This document shows, one piece after another, positions 23,600 to 35,821 of a DNA stretch of 64,000 nt (its first letter is position 1; every line of letters starts with the position of its first letter). A model generated the notes under the pieces. It did not search any database. It was given only the letters and a program-made list of their open reading frames with translations, and was not told the DNA's origin. Made by a program: the position numbers and the translations under genes. The DNA comes from Isurus oxyrinchus (lineage: Eukaryota), in the NCBI GenBank assembly GCA_026770705.1, contig JANJGN010000007.1, positions 143,530,001-143,594,000 of the forward strand, written 5' to 3'.

Positions 23600-26074
23600 G
23601 TGGTTTTCTCTCTCCACAAATGCTGCCTGACCTGCTGAGTGTTATCAAGCATTTATTTTCTGTTTTATTTCTAACTTACAACATCCATGGTATTTACCTT
23701 TGTCATAGGAATGAGATCATTTTTCTAGGCATACAAGGAAAATGGGTACATATGCATAACATTAAATCATTTCTCCCACAGAAATAGGCCCATTCTAGTG
23801 TTTTGTTTGTCATTAGGAACGTGTGTGTTTTATACCCCCAACAAAAAAAGTCAAATCTTTTTGGGATGTTTATTTTTCCTAAGTCAGAATTCATATTTGT
23901 GCTGTGGTTCCAATAACAGACAGTAACCCCTCACCATACACGTACAGAAAGATTACAGTGAAGGAATAGAAAAAATATTATCTTCCCCCCCCACCTCTCA
24001 TACAAAGCTAAAATTTACCAACTCTCCTTGCAATCTCTCCAGAATTGTTCTCACTCACAACAATAAAAAGTTTCCTATACCGATCTGGCTATCATACCCG
24101 CCAATCTCAAAGAAAGTTTCACAGTGAGATGGTTGGTTATGACCTCCAGATATTTGTAGGAAAATGGCAAAATTGAATCCTCGTAAGTTGCCAGAGATGA
24201 TGTGTTAACTGGTGGGATCTTTCTGATAGTCTGCAAGGATGAGAAACTGCTCTGTTTCTGTGACTGAAGCCTGCCAGTGGCAGGCCTTACTTTGCAGAAC
24301 TGATTGAAAGCTGCACAATGTCCACTCTGTTTCTCTTTGATGTGGGCAAGATTGTGTGGAAATTGCAACTTTTAACTTATCACAGCCCCAGAGCAGCAAG
24401 AGCATTAGCCACTTAGTTTCCAAAGTTAGATGAGAGCAGGCCAACCTGGCATGAAGCACTGTAGCAAATAATAAAATTCTCCACACCAAACAAACAAAAT
24501 TTTGTATGAAGTCTGAAGCATAGCATGCTGTCTTCATCTTCTAAAATGGAACTGTGCTTTAAGGTCACTGGTCATGTACTCCCTGTACCAAAAACTCAAA
24601 CATCCTGGTACAACACGAGCAGTTGCAATGAGATAATCAAACTGATAGATTCTGAAAAATTGTGCATATGTTCAACCTGCATAATCTTGGGAATTACAAC
24701 CAAGGAAGAAGCTAATAACTCAGCTACACTGATAGAGTGATAGGTCTAGCAAAAAGAAGAAGCTTGACTTTATAGAGAGGTTGAACCTTACATGTAAATA
24801 TATCAATGAAGGTTCCCAAAGACAATCATAAGAGTAGGTTTTACCAGTTATTGTGAAATGCGTAATTATTTTTGTTTTTTAATGTGACAGGAAACTAATT
24901 TCAAGCTCATTGTTTGGAGGCATCGAGGAAAGATTACAGACAAAAATTTTAAAAGTATTTTGATTAGTTGGTAGTTTTTCTTGGTTAGCTATTTAGAATT
25001 GAGTTGTTTCCATAAATCTATAGTAGTTTATTCATTGCTGGTTTTCCAACTGCTTTCTTTACTTTGGATTTGAAAATTTTGATTTCCTGTTGTTTTACTT
25101 TGAACCAATCATCAAAGTGTAACCTCAGAGTGTGATATCTCATGTATGGCAGACTGAAAGAACATACAAGTATAATGTATTTATATTGTAACTGGTTATT
25201 CACTTGTGGCATAACATATGGGCAGACAGGACCAAGTATTGCCTTCAGATGATGCAGGGTAGACCTAGCATGGAGATATAGTTCAGTCAAAATTTTAAAA
25301 GCATTCATTTTGTTCCTATTCCTTTGTAATATATTGATTTTATTTTATTATTATTATTTATAGTTATAAAGCAAAGAATCTAGTAATTGGAAGCTAGAGG
25401 TAGTTGGGACATATGTGTTTCTCTGCAGTACACCCTGAGATGTTGCAAGATATAAAACTGAAGCACTAAAGCATCACCACTGGCAGGATGGTGTAATTAC
25501 AACATGACAAGTTTATATGCAGTTTCCATTATGAATCTGAACATAGGAATTTATAATGGACAAATTTGACAGGAAGTGCGCACAGACATTAGATTTTCAA
25601 AACTGCCAAAAACTCGCAGTGATACGATTTTCAGAATTCATTAAAATGGGCAAATCTTAAAGTTCACAATTACATCTTAAAAAAAAGTCTGCACCAAAAT
25701 TGGAATTGCTTGAGTGAAAAAATCTCGAATTAAGTTGTTGTGAAATAGTACACTGCTCTGCCAAAACTAATATGGACACCCAGGGATTATTGCACACAAA
25801 ACTGTACCACAGGCATTCACCTTGGCTGGCACCACCAGCTGCCAAATAACTGAAGGAAGGAAAACTACAGTTTTAAAAAATCCACTAATACAACTGTTAG
25901 GAATTGAAAAATCCACAACCAAAAGTGTTCCTATGCAAAATCCTGCAGCTCTCCATTTAAGAACTGACTTGTTTAAAGTTCACAACTTGCCTGACCTTTA
26001 TTGGCCATGTTCTATTGGTGAACTCCATCATGCATAGTTCACAAGAAAACTGTGACTAACCTCAATTATTATCA

Positions 26075-26205
26075 TCAAATCATAGAATGATACAGCACAG
26101 AAGGAGGCCATTTAGCTCATCATGCCTATGCTGGCTCTTTAGCAAAGTTATCCAATTATCCCCCTGCTCTTTCTCCATAACGCTGTAATATTTTTTCTTT
26201 CAAGC
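26075..26205 (-). mobile_element. CR1 LINE 3' tail
   Basis: aatcatagaatgatacagcacagaaggaggccatttagctcatcatgcct... matches 3516-3640. Confidence 0.8.
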
Positions 26206-26321
26206 ACTCAGAACTATAGCACCAATTCCATGTTGCAATAGATTTTGCCAGTCTACCACAAATTGGACTGGGCTGTTATTAATTATTACATATTTTCATA
26301 TTCAAATTGCACTCTTGCAAT

Positions 26322-26460
26322 TTTTTTATTCTTTCATGGGACGTGGGTGTCACTGACTAAGCTGCATTTAATGCCCATCCCTATTTGCCCTTGAGAAGGT
26401 GGTGCTGAGCCGCCTTCTTGAACCTCTGCAGTCCGCGTGGCGTAGGAACACCCACTGTGC
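26322..26460 (-). mobile_element. LINE 3' tail, same family as 1-361
   Basis: gcccatccctatttgcccttgagaaggtggtgctgagccgccttcttgaac is nearly identical to bases 15-65. Confidence 0.85.
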
Positions 26461-27236
26461 AGTAATGTGAGAACATTTAAAATCCAGCTGACATATTATA
26501 TGCTGTATGAATTGAGCAACTAAGGGATTTCCCACCTGAATTCTTTGTTCCCACTTGCTCTAGTCAAACCAAGCCACCAGCCAGAAACCAAGCCTTTGTA
26601 TCTCTTCAGATACCACCACAAATATGAATTGCCATATTTTAAAGGGACAGAGAAACCGAAACCCCAAATAATTCATGTTGAGCAAAATTTGGATAATTGT
26701 GTAGTAACATGAAATAGCCTATGTTGAATTCTAACTTTGATTCAGTTCATATCTGTCTCCATTACACATGGTAGAGAAGCAGTAAAATTAAGTGAATATT
26801 GACAGCACACAGATGCAAAGCCCTGAAGGGATTTCAAGTTTCTGTTAAAGTTCAGGCTGATCAGATGTGCGGCCAGATGATTCTTTGCTTTGAATGTTTT
26901 GAAGCTTTCCTACTAGCTATGGAATAATGATTGTTGGCTATCCTCCATTTCACTTTGAACATTTTCTGCCATATTTTATAACTACTGTCTCCCTTTCTCT
27001 TGAACTCTTTCAATACCATGTACTATTCCCTGCTTAACAAACAGGTGAGTAACTTGCTACCTAGATTTAGATTTTCCATTCATTGACTATGAATGGCTTA
27101 AGTTGTAGTTCTAGGGGGCATGAATTTCAACACGTGGAGGCCTAGAGCTGTTTTGATCAGGCGTACTCTGCCATCAGCTACTTCCATGCAATCCATGCAG
27201 CCCAACTAGCTGATGCAATGCCAGGATCTGGAACAC

Positions 27237-27455
27237 ATGGGTGAGTGGCTCAGTTAGCTAGATGCTAGAGCGTGGTGAAGAATGATGCCAGCAGCACGGG
27301 TTAAATCTCCATACTGGCTGTGGTTGTTCATGGAGGCCTGTCTCCTTGCCTTGTCCATGTTTGATGTGTATTGGTGCTTATCAAGCTATATAACCAGTGG
27401 CCTCTCTCTAACAAATAGAGATGCCTATGGCCCCTTGTCGACTATGGCTAATTAC
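27237..27455 (+). mobile_element. tRNA-derived SINE
   Basis: A-box-like TGGCTCAGTTAG (~27246) and B-box-like GGTTAAATCTCC (~27299) at tRNA-like spacing, followed by a ~150 bp body. Confidence 0.6.
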
Positions 27456-27539
27456 GTCGCCTAATCCTGACCATATAGGTCCAGACAATGAATTTGCATG
27501 TCACGCTGTAAACAACAAGCACTGAATTGCAAGAGGGGC

Positions 27540-30405
27540 CCAGCTCTTGTGGTCTTTAGGGCCAAGCACTCAAATTGCAGGGAAGGTAGGTTTGAAGAAT
27601 TTCTGCTATTACAATTAAGTGTCTGGAGGTACCAGAGTGTTGCTGGGGATGTTGCGGTGAGTTCTTGAATTTGCCAGGGAGTGTTAGTGCATCCCCAGAG
27701 GAAGGGCAGAGGATTGGGTGCCCAGTCCATACAAAAGGCTGCAACAGGTATGGGGCCAACAGTGGCAGTACCTCTGTGTCTGCAACATGACAGGGAGATG
27801 GAGCAGAGGCTGCAGAAAGTGGAAGCTCCCTAAGACGGCCACTGCCAACTTTGAGCTGGACTTCTCCATGCTCCGTGACAGTGACAGGAGGCTGTCTCTT
27901 AAGCCAGCCAACTCACCCAGCATCTCAGTATGCAAGCCAATCAGCATTCTCCTGTATTCTTCACTTGAACCCTCTTTAGCAGAACTTATCTGTGACCTTA
28001 CTCTTTAGTGACCTGGCAAACAAACCATCTTTCTCCCTTGGCCTGGCTGCAGCTCACTTGTGCACAAATGACTCACCATGTGCTAATCTCTAAAGTACAT
28101 GCAGGGCCAGTGGCTGAGCTGGTGGCGGCGAGTGTCGGTTTAAGTAATCAGGCATCTTTACCAGTGCTGCTTCTATCTCTCCTCCTCCTGGGGTTGCCAT
28201 GGCTAGACAGGTAACAGCTCCTCGGGCCCAGGTTTTCATCCCCTGGGCAGGTGCACTGAGTTGGGAGATTACCCGGCTCAGCGTCCCCGACCTTTAAAAA
28301 TGTCTGCCCACGCCTTGGATTTTTGGTTGGAAGGTTGGGCTGAAATAGGAGTCAGGGCGGCTGACCCTGGAACAAGTGCGGGGGCTGCTGGGAGCAGAGG
28401 CGGGCTGGGTGCGTGGTCTGCCTCTATCCTCCAGTAATTTGTTTAAATAAACAAATAAAAAATAATAAAGCAAAAAACATCCCTCCAACCCTCACACCTC
28501 ACCCCCTACATATGCCCTATATCCTAACCTTGCTGATCCATACACCCCACCGACACCCCATGGCCACTTGCACCCGCAATGCCAACCCATGCACCTCTAC
28601 CCAACCTCCCAAGGTCTCTCATATCCCCTATCCTAACTTAGTGCCAGCTCATTACAACCTATGCTCCCCACCCGCCACTCTTAACCCATTCTGCTGCGCC
28701 TCCCCCCACCCCCCACCATTGTCAACTCAGCTAGTATCCTTGGACAGTTCTTTCCTGGGCAGTTTTGACACTTTGCACTTTGTGGTTTGTGACACTTCCT
28801 GGACACTTTGTAGACAGGTTTGACACTTCCTGGGTACTTCTTAGGCAGCTGTATGGTTCCTTGACAGCTTGAAAGTTGCAATGAGTTTGTGTGTAAAAAC
28901 TGCATAATCATGTGTGATTCTAACAATCCCAAAGGGTGCCTTACCTCTTCCAAGGGTGTCCTGGGACCCTATCTAAAGGGGTACCTTACCTCTCCAGAGG
29001 AAACCTTGGCTATTCAAAGAATCCAAAAACTTCAGATGTCCTCTGACCTGGTCTAATTTGTGAACTCCAGGATTCATGCAATTTGAACTAGGGTTCAAAT
29101 ATCAGAAGTCAGTGGAGGCAGCTCATGGTTTAAATGGCCAACTGGCTCCACGATTCACACATGCACCAACCCCAGTTCATTGCCCCTGCGGCAATGAGGA
29201 ATGTTGGGTTCAGGAGCGGGACTTAGAAATTTTAGCCATTTCCGGGATTTTCGCCATGCGGGAGAGGCTCTCTCTCATGGTGAAAATCCGGCCTGGGTGT
29301 CGGAAAGCAGGAACTCAGTAGGGAAAAGTTTTTGTGAGGGAAAGGGGTGTGGGTGGGAAGCAAGAGATCCACGGACACACCAGCAGTTGCTTGCTGATCA
29401 TGTCAGATAGCAGAATGAGGATAAATTGGTTGTTGAGAAGAGGCATAGACATAACCACCATTCTCAATGGTCTTAGTGACGCTAGATGCCATGCTCTCTG
29501 TTGGAGTGACCCCATGCTGCAAAGAGTCATCTCCTCCTGAGGGCTCAGGAACTACAGGTGTCCTTGTCCACTGATCTGCTCCCTTGTATTATTCCCACCT
29601 AGCCCCACAAGAAGGGGGGCAAAATGTCAGTGATCATAATTGAATGATGTGCATGTCATAGCTGAATAGTTGGAGGTATCTGGAGGCAGTGAGAGGTAAG
29701 TGTGGCTGGCAGCATCAGAATGTTTGTGAGGGTGAGGTGGAGTATGTGGATGTTAGCCTTGAGTCCAGAGTGCCAGAGAGTGTTGCTGGGTGTCATGATG
29801 TTATGGGGCAATGAACAACGTGAGAGATTGGCGGTGTGATGGGTAGGACATGTCATGTGGAGTTGCATTTACTGATCTTAAATCACCTATGTGAGGTCTT
29901 TAGACTTCTTATGGCATTGCTGCCAGATCTTGCGTACAGATGCTGGGAATTTGCCTCCCTAGCCACCTGCCCCCATTCCCTTCGAGGGTAATCCTTGAGA
30001 GCCTCCTGGCCCACTGAGGAGCTATGTTGTCTCTCTTCCTCCCCACCTCCATCACTGCTGTCACCATCTCCATTTGTCACCCTGGACTCCTCACTGCCCT
30101 GGTGTTCAGTTTTCCACGTTTCAAATTCCAACAATACTCCCTTTAAGAGACAGACTGGCTTTAAAAAGAATGGGCCCACTGTACCACGTGATCCCAGGAT
30201 AACACTGATTGGCTCCCTTGCTGAGTGCAGAGGCAACTACGAAAGGTGCAGAGGAAGCCACCAGTGAGGCTGCATGTTACAATCATGATAGTGAGGTGGA
30301 AGCTCTAAATTTGCGTGCTGTCCACCTCTAATGGGATTGGTGTGGTCAGGTTGCAAAATTCTGACCCCTGCACCTAAAAAACCCAGAAAACAAATTTTTA
30401 GCCCT
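27540..30405 (-). mobile_element. Harbinger remnant carrying a decayed Myb/SANT gene, interrupted by a MITE
   Basis: ORF 29883-30236 has RREWGQVAREANSQ..ARSG (Myb-like). ORF 27684-27947 (LHTEMLGELAGLRDSLLSLSRSMEKSSSKLA) resembles 11510-11923. Right end ..aaatttttagccc at ~30404. Confidence 0.65.
28224..29294. mobile_element. Non-autonomous DNA transposon, copy B
   Basis: TIRs GGGCCCAGGTTTTCA (28224) / TGAAAATCCGGCCT (29281-29294). Body homologous to 2350-3145. Confidence 0.7.
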
Positions 30406-31269
30406 AGGTCTCAAGAAAGCACACAAGCACAGTCATGACACTTCTGTCCCTTTTGCCTCTTGCAGACCAGGTTCCTGAACTCTGCCCAATGTCTCCCCAG
30501 ATAGCACAAGTGAAACTGAGATTCTCAATGTTTGGGTAATACATGTGAACCTCATTTTACCAATCTGTGGTACCAATCTCCAACAAACCACAATGCACCC
30601 ACAACACACTGCCTCCAGCCCAACCACTCAATGTGCATTGCTTTAGTCCTAATGCAATCAGTAACTTGAGCCTTTGGTTTGAACCCTTGACATTCTGATA
30701 CCTGCTTAAATGATCTGCAGAGAATTCACTCCACTCAATCAAATGCATGCTGTTATTATTTTATGTTTTGTGTACATTGCTGACAGAAGTGATTGAATGC
30801 CTGTGTTTCTGGATTAAATTTGAACTATGATTTGATAACTTTGAGTTTTAGAAAAAATGCAAGTGATGCAATGAAGAGCCCTGATTTGTATATTTGAAAA
30901 TGATTAGAGTATTTTTGCTCAAGTTTTTGTTTCTTTAGTAAGTGGGACCTCTGGATATCCATATCTGCGAGTTTATGATCCTTTTTCCCCATACTATGAA
31001 CGAGCTAAAGGATATGTTGGAGAAAGGATGGTCACAACTTGATGCTTCTGGGAGAATGGATTACAATGAATTGTAGACTATACAGTGACTGGACTACAGC
31101 TCAAGGTTTTGCTGGCAGGTGCATGAGAAGTATAAATATTTTACAATAGGAGAGTTGTGGTTAGAACATTCTGTTTTTTGTTAACTGTGTGTGTGGGTCA
31201 GTGGGGGGTGGGGGGTAGATAGGAGGGGGAATCTCTTATGACATTCTTATTTTTATTCTTCTCCCCATC

Positions 31270-31505
31270 TCACACTCATCGGTGCCAGTTACCATCTGTA
31301 CTTTACTAATGTAGCCATTACTCATTTGTAATTACAGACATTGGGCATCATGGGGACATTACAGCCTGATCCTGTCCTCATTCAGCATCATTAAGACATG
31401 TACTTTTCAACAAGGCTCCAGGTCATCCTGAACCCTAGGGGTGCTGAGACTAATCATGGTGCGGCTCTTGTTCAGACCATTTTACTCAACATTGAAGAGT
31501 CATTG
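31270..31505 (-). mobile_element. Old SINE-like fragment
   Basis: cagcctgatcctgtcctca...acttttcaacaagg...gaaccct is loosely similar to 57860-57960. Heavily diverged. Confidence 0.3.
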
Positions 31506-32344
31506 AGAGCTTGAGTTTGAAACATGTATTACCTTTCACATTGCTTGCATAAAATAATTAACTGTAAAGAACTTGGTCCTGTCGCTACAGCCAATGTGTG
31601 TTTTTAAGATTGGTTGTCTTGTAGCAGTGAAATTAGCACCTAAGAAATTGATAAGTTTCATGTTAATTAAGATTATTCATTAGCAACTTGATTTTCATTT
31701 GGAAAAAAGCAATGATAGCATTGACCCAAGTTCACCTGAGGACTTGCCACTGTTCCTGTACATCGTTGTTTGATGTGTTTGATAGATAGCTAGCTGCTGA
31801 TGCCTGTGCTGAACTTGTACTTGTTGCTGACCCAAGGCAAGCGTTTGACACAGACAACCATGACTTGATTTAAAGTGAAATTAAGATTCACTTTTGTCGC
31901 TTTCTCTCTGTGATTTTTGGTTTACATGACTTTACATGAGGACCAAAGTTTTTGACCATTCATAGAATTTTGAAAAATGTGAAGCGAGAAATTAGAGTTT
32001 ACTTTTCTCCTTTGAACTTGTATTAATATTGATTAATTCAGCCTCATATGGATTCCTTTAGGCTGATTTTTAATGTGTAGCAGCACATGATTTTGGAATG
32101 AGTGCTAGGGTGGGAGTTACAGCCTGAAAAATTGACGATGTATTGGTGAAATCACACTAGGCATATAGGGTCCACAGGGAGAACATAAGCTTCCTTGGTA
32201 TGTCTCAGGAAGCTCAGGGTGTTACGTTTGGCTCTTACCCAGGGTTCTTCCAGAAACATTGCAGGATCTACTATTCAGCAGCACACAAATGCACATGATT
32301 AGTGGTTTCTTTTCAGGGGCCACCAATGATGTCAACTTTTTCTG

Positions 32345-32870
32345 CAATTTATGGTCGTCAGATTAAAGAGGCACCAGGGTTTGCAGTTCTGGCAGGCTTT
32401 CCCATTGACTGTATATGCTTGGCAATTGGGGCATCTGTAGATCACCCAGATGTTTCCACTCCATCAATGTACATATGGTGTGCAAACACAAAAATAGCTT
32501 TATGTAGGCGCTCACAAGATTCCTGTGAAGCTGCCATGATGCTTTCATCTTGCTGCAGTCTACCTTCCCAGACATCTTTGCAGCAGCAAGCGGAGTTACC
32601 AGCAGGCTGCTTAGAAACATGGGTATCCACTTAAAATGTGGCTGTTGATATCTCTCAGGAATCCAAATCCAGGAGCAATACAATAAATATTAGATGACCA
32701 CCAAATGTGTGGTCAAATAAACCATAGGCAGGTTGAGATGCGCTTCAGGTCCCTGGACATGTATGGAAGTGCCCTTCAGTATGCATCAGCCAGGGGATCC
32801 AAAATGGTTGTGGTGTGCTACACTGTGCACAATATTGCCCAGCAGTGAGACCAAAGTGAGGAACTCAAAG
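32345..32870 (+). pseudogene. Harbinger transposase remnant
   Basis: GFAVLAGFP..IDC, PxSCHDAFI, GYPLKMWLLISLRNP, VVK*TIG..MRFRSLDMYGSALQYASAR, VVVCYTVHNIAQQ. Confidence 0.85.
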
Positions 32871-33309
32871 CCACTTCAAAGGATTCCAAGAAGGGGGGGG
32901 AAAAAGATAAGGAGGTGGTGGAATGTGATGAAGACAACACACTACCAGCAGCGCACACTGCCACCTGAGATACCCTGATTATTGCAAGTTTCACTTAGGT
33001 TCTGCTGATGCACCTATCTTACAAAGTAAACCCAATTTTGCCCCATCCCAACCCCAATGCCACCAACACAAAGCAAGCATCCCTTTCATAGCACCCTCAC
33101 CACCATGCCCCATTGGTCTATTCATCATCATACAACAGAAAAGCCAACTTGTCAACCAGCCAGCGAGAGGGCAAAACAGGAAAATGGTGCAATATTATAT
33201 TATTTATATGCTTCAAATGAGGAAAAGAAATATAACAATCCAATAATGTATAACATTCCCATGTGCATGCCTTCATGCAACTACAAATCTTCACTAATCA
33301 AACAACATG

Positions 33310-33440
33310 AAGAATACTATGATGCTGGAAAACTGAAATAAAAACAGAAGATACTGGAAATACTCAGCAGGTCTGGCAGCATCTGTGGAGAGAGAAATAA
33401 GAGTTAATGTTTCAGGTCGATGATCTTTCATCAGAACTAT
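33310..33440 (-). mobile_element. Penelope-like terminal repeat fragment nested in the Harbinger element
   Basis: gatgctggaaaactgaaataaaaacagaagatactggaaatactcagcaggtctggcagcatctgtggagagagaaa matches 22800-22880 and the reverse complement of 23600-23690. Confidence 0.88.
33402..33438 (-). ncRNA. Minimal type I hammerhead ribozyme motif
   Basis: Minus strand AGTT-CTGATGA-A-AGATC-ATC-GACCT-GAAA-CA-TT-AACT. Core boxes are intact, stem I is AGTT/AACT, and stem II pairs 4/5. Confidence 0.7.
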
Positions 33441-34981
33441 GAAATCTTCAAATCTTCACCCTTCCTTTTCCTAGCTCATCCATGTGGTGCAAGCCCTGTG
33501 CTGCAGAGCTAGTGATATGCTGTTCTGATTATTGAGATGCTATTGACCAATGATCTCAGCCAATGAGCTACCCATCATAAACTGCTCCATCCGCACCTGT
33601 GCAGGAGCAGACCTGGCCCTCAAGCCACGAGGTAGCAGGCTTCGTATTGACCGTGAGTGGGGAGCTGGGGGGGGGGGGTTGGAGGCTACAACAGGTGAGA
33701 AGTCAAATTATTTTAAGCAGAGTCCCACTTCCATGTTCACTTTTGTCATCATCGCACTCATTGTCCACACTTTCCTGCTACCTTGCTTGAGAACACTACT
33801 GCAGATCTGCGGTACAAGGTCAAGGCTGAAGTATCAGTCATTCTATTCAATCTGGCATCCAGAGCCTGCAAGGCCTTGTCAAAGGCCTGCATGCACTTGG
33901 TTGATTGCTGCATTTGATGATTCATGCATTTGGCTTCTCTATCCATGGAAAAAGACATTATCACAATGGCCTGTGACCAGAACCAATCATTCTTGAGGCA
34001 TTCCCCTGCAATCTGTCTGTAATTGTGGACAATGTACTTGGAATGCCTGTCAGTATATTGTACAATCTCTGCTGCTCTTCAATGAATATACTTTTCATCA
34101 ATGATCCTCAGGGTATGGCATCTGTGTCCATTGGTGCAGAGCTTGGAGAGGCCTGTGTCCTCCGACATGGACTCTTCATCCTGTCCCTGATTCCACTATC
34201 TGCCCTTGTTCACTTGTGAAGTGTAACTCACAATGTGAAAACCCAATGACCTCACTAACCAGTCCCACAGAATTGAGAGTATCTGAGCTGGTGCAAATTC
34301 TGGATGAGTCCCGTGACGATGCACTTTCAGAGAGATTGATTTCCTTGGAGGAATCGTCATCAGGGATCTTGTCCACCTCTTTTTGGATAAACAAAGGCCT
34401 TCTGGGAGATAAAAGACTGTGAATGAGTATTGTCCAGGTAAGAGCGATGGAAATTATGAACATGATTATATTTCACTCGCTGTTGATATCAAGTTAACAT
34501 GACTGACGATTGTACATCACATGGTTCTGTGACATTTAATACTGTCATTTGGCAGCTGGGGGACCCCCATCTCTGACAGGCAGGAACCACTGACACTCTG
34601 CTGGAGCCCTGCGCCTCTATAGCTGTTAATTGCGAGATGGGTGGAAGGTCATGTTCAATTCTTTCCCTTCATACAGGAGAGCACAGAATGCCTGGGAGAG
34701 GGAAGGCAAAGACTTGCGACTGAGAGTAATGCCATGTGTTTATTCAATGGATGGACAACATTTGTTGAGAGTCACTATGAGGGAGAGGCATGACGTTGCT
34801 TTAAGATGAGGATGAGTGCCAGTGGTGGATGAATAGATGGGGATGTGAGGAACTGCACAGACCCGAAAGCGATCGATGCACGAGGTGTTAGGAGTGAGGT
34901 GTTGGAGGAGGCTTGAGAAGACAAAGTGAGAGGATTAAGATGATATGCACATCATGATGTACCTGAATGTACAACTATTCT

Positions 34982-35200
34982 CACCTTTCCTGCCCTGGTT
35001 GGGTCCGTAATTGTCCTGTATCGGGACCATGAGTGTAGCATTGCTGTTAACCTCCTCGGCCATCTCCAATCATGCTTTCTTGGTTGCAGCTGCAATTGGC
35101 TTCCTCGCAGTGCTGGGAAATAGTATCTAGCTCCTACTCCTCACAGCCCCTAGTAGCATTTGCTGGGGGACATCTGTGAAGCAGGGTGCAGCCGTTTTCC
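34982..35200 (-). pseudogene. Harbinger Myb/SANT-like gene, exon 1 remnant
   Basis: AAPCFTD..MLLGAVRSRS*ILFPSTARKPIAAATKKA*LEMAEEVNSNA...TRAGK, ending at the donor AAG|GTGAG. Confidence 0.78.
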
Positions 35201-35821
35201 TCTACGATCTCCATTCCAACACTCACTGGCAGCTAACTTGAACTCCTTCTACTTGCATGCTTGGATTGTCCTTTTAAATACTGGAGTTGAGATGCTGGTT
35301 GTCATCATGCCTGCTGTTACTGATTGAATGAAAAACATGGAAATAAAATGCTAATGAAATGGATGCATTAAGAGTGACTGAAAGACTCACTTAAATAACC
35401 CCCACTCCACACACACACTTCACCTTGCTCCGTGCAGGTCTGCACATTAAAACCCAGCTTTTTGGCTCTGTGGATTTCGTGTAAGCTGTCCTTGCATCCT
35501 GATTCGGATCCTCCAAAATAAAATTAGCCCAAATTTATGAATATGTTTCTGCTGTCTAAGGCGATCACATATACTAAGTGATATAAAGCAGAGATTTACC
35601 CATTGGTGAACCAATCCAATACATGAATCCTAAACAAGGAGACATCAATCTTTTCACAATGTTTATGTAAATCTTCCAATCGAATATGAAGTTGGAAATT
35701 ACAGATGTATTTTACTCATCTCACAACAGCTTTCCTGAACTAGCCACATTTCCAAGTGCTTGTTTTCCTTTTTGGTGGAGTCATTTTGAATGTGTGGATT
35801 TATGGTTAAAAATTTGTATCA

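Larger units (their letters stand above)
22790..23702 (-). mobile_element. 5'-truncated Penelope-like element with an inverted copy of its terminal repeat
   Basis: GIY-YIG remnant at 23374-23161 followed by the terminal repeat to 22790. 23380-23702 is the diverged reverse complement of ~22790-23095. Confidence 0.9.
32060..35530. mobile_element. Decayed PIF/Harbinger transposon (convergent transposase and Myb/SANT genes)
   Basis: Putative TIRs AGGCTGATTTT (32060) / AAAATTAGCCC (35520-35530). Transposase remnant on +, Myb exon on -. TSD not evident. Confidence 0.75.

Noticed and set aside
24269-24285. GCCTGCCA-G-TGGCAGGC palindrome
   Set aside because: An isolated 8-bp inverted repeat is expected by chance in 64 kb, and there is no supporting context.
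27237-27320. Functional tRNA gene
   Set aside because: A/B-box-like motifs are present but there is no cloverleaf. It continues into a SINE-like body.
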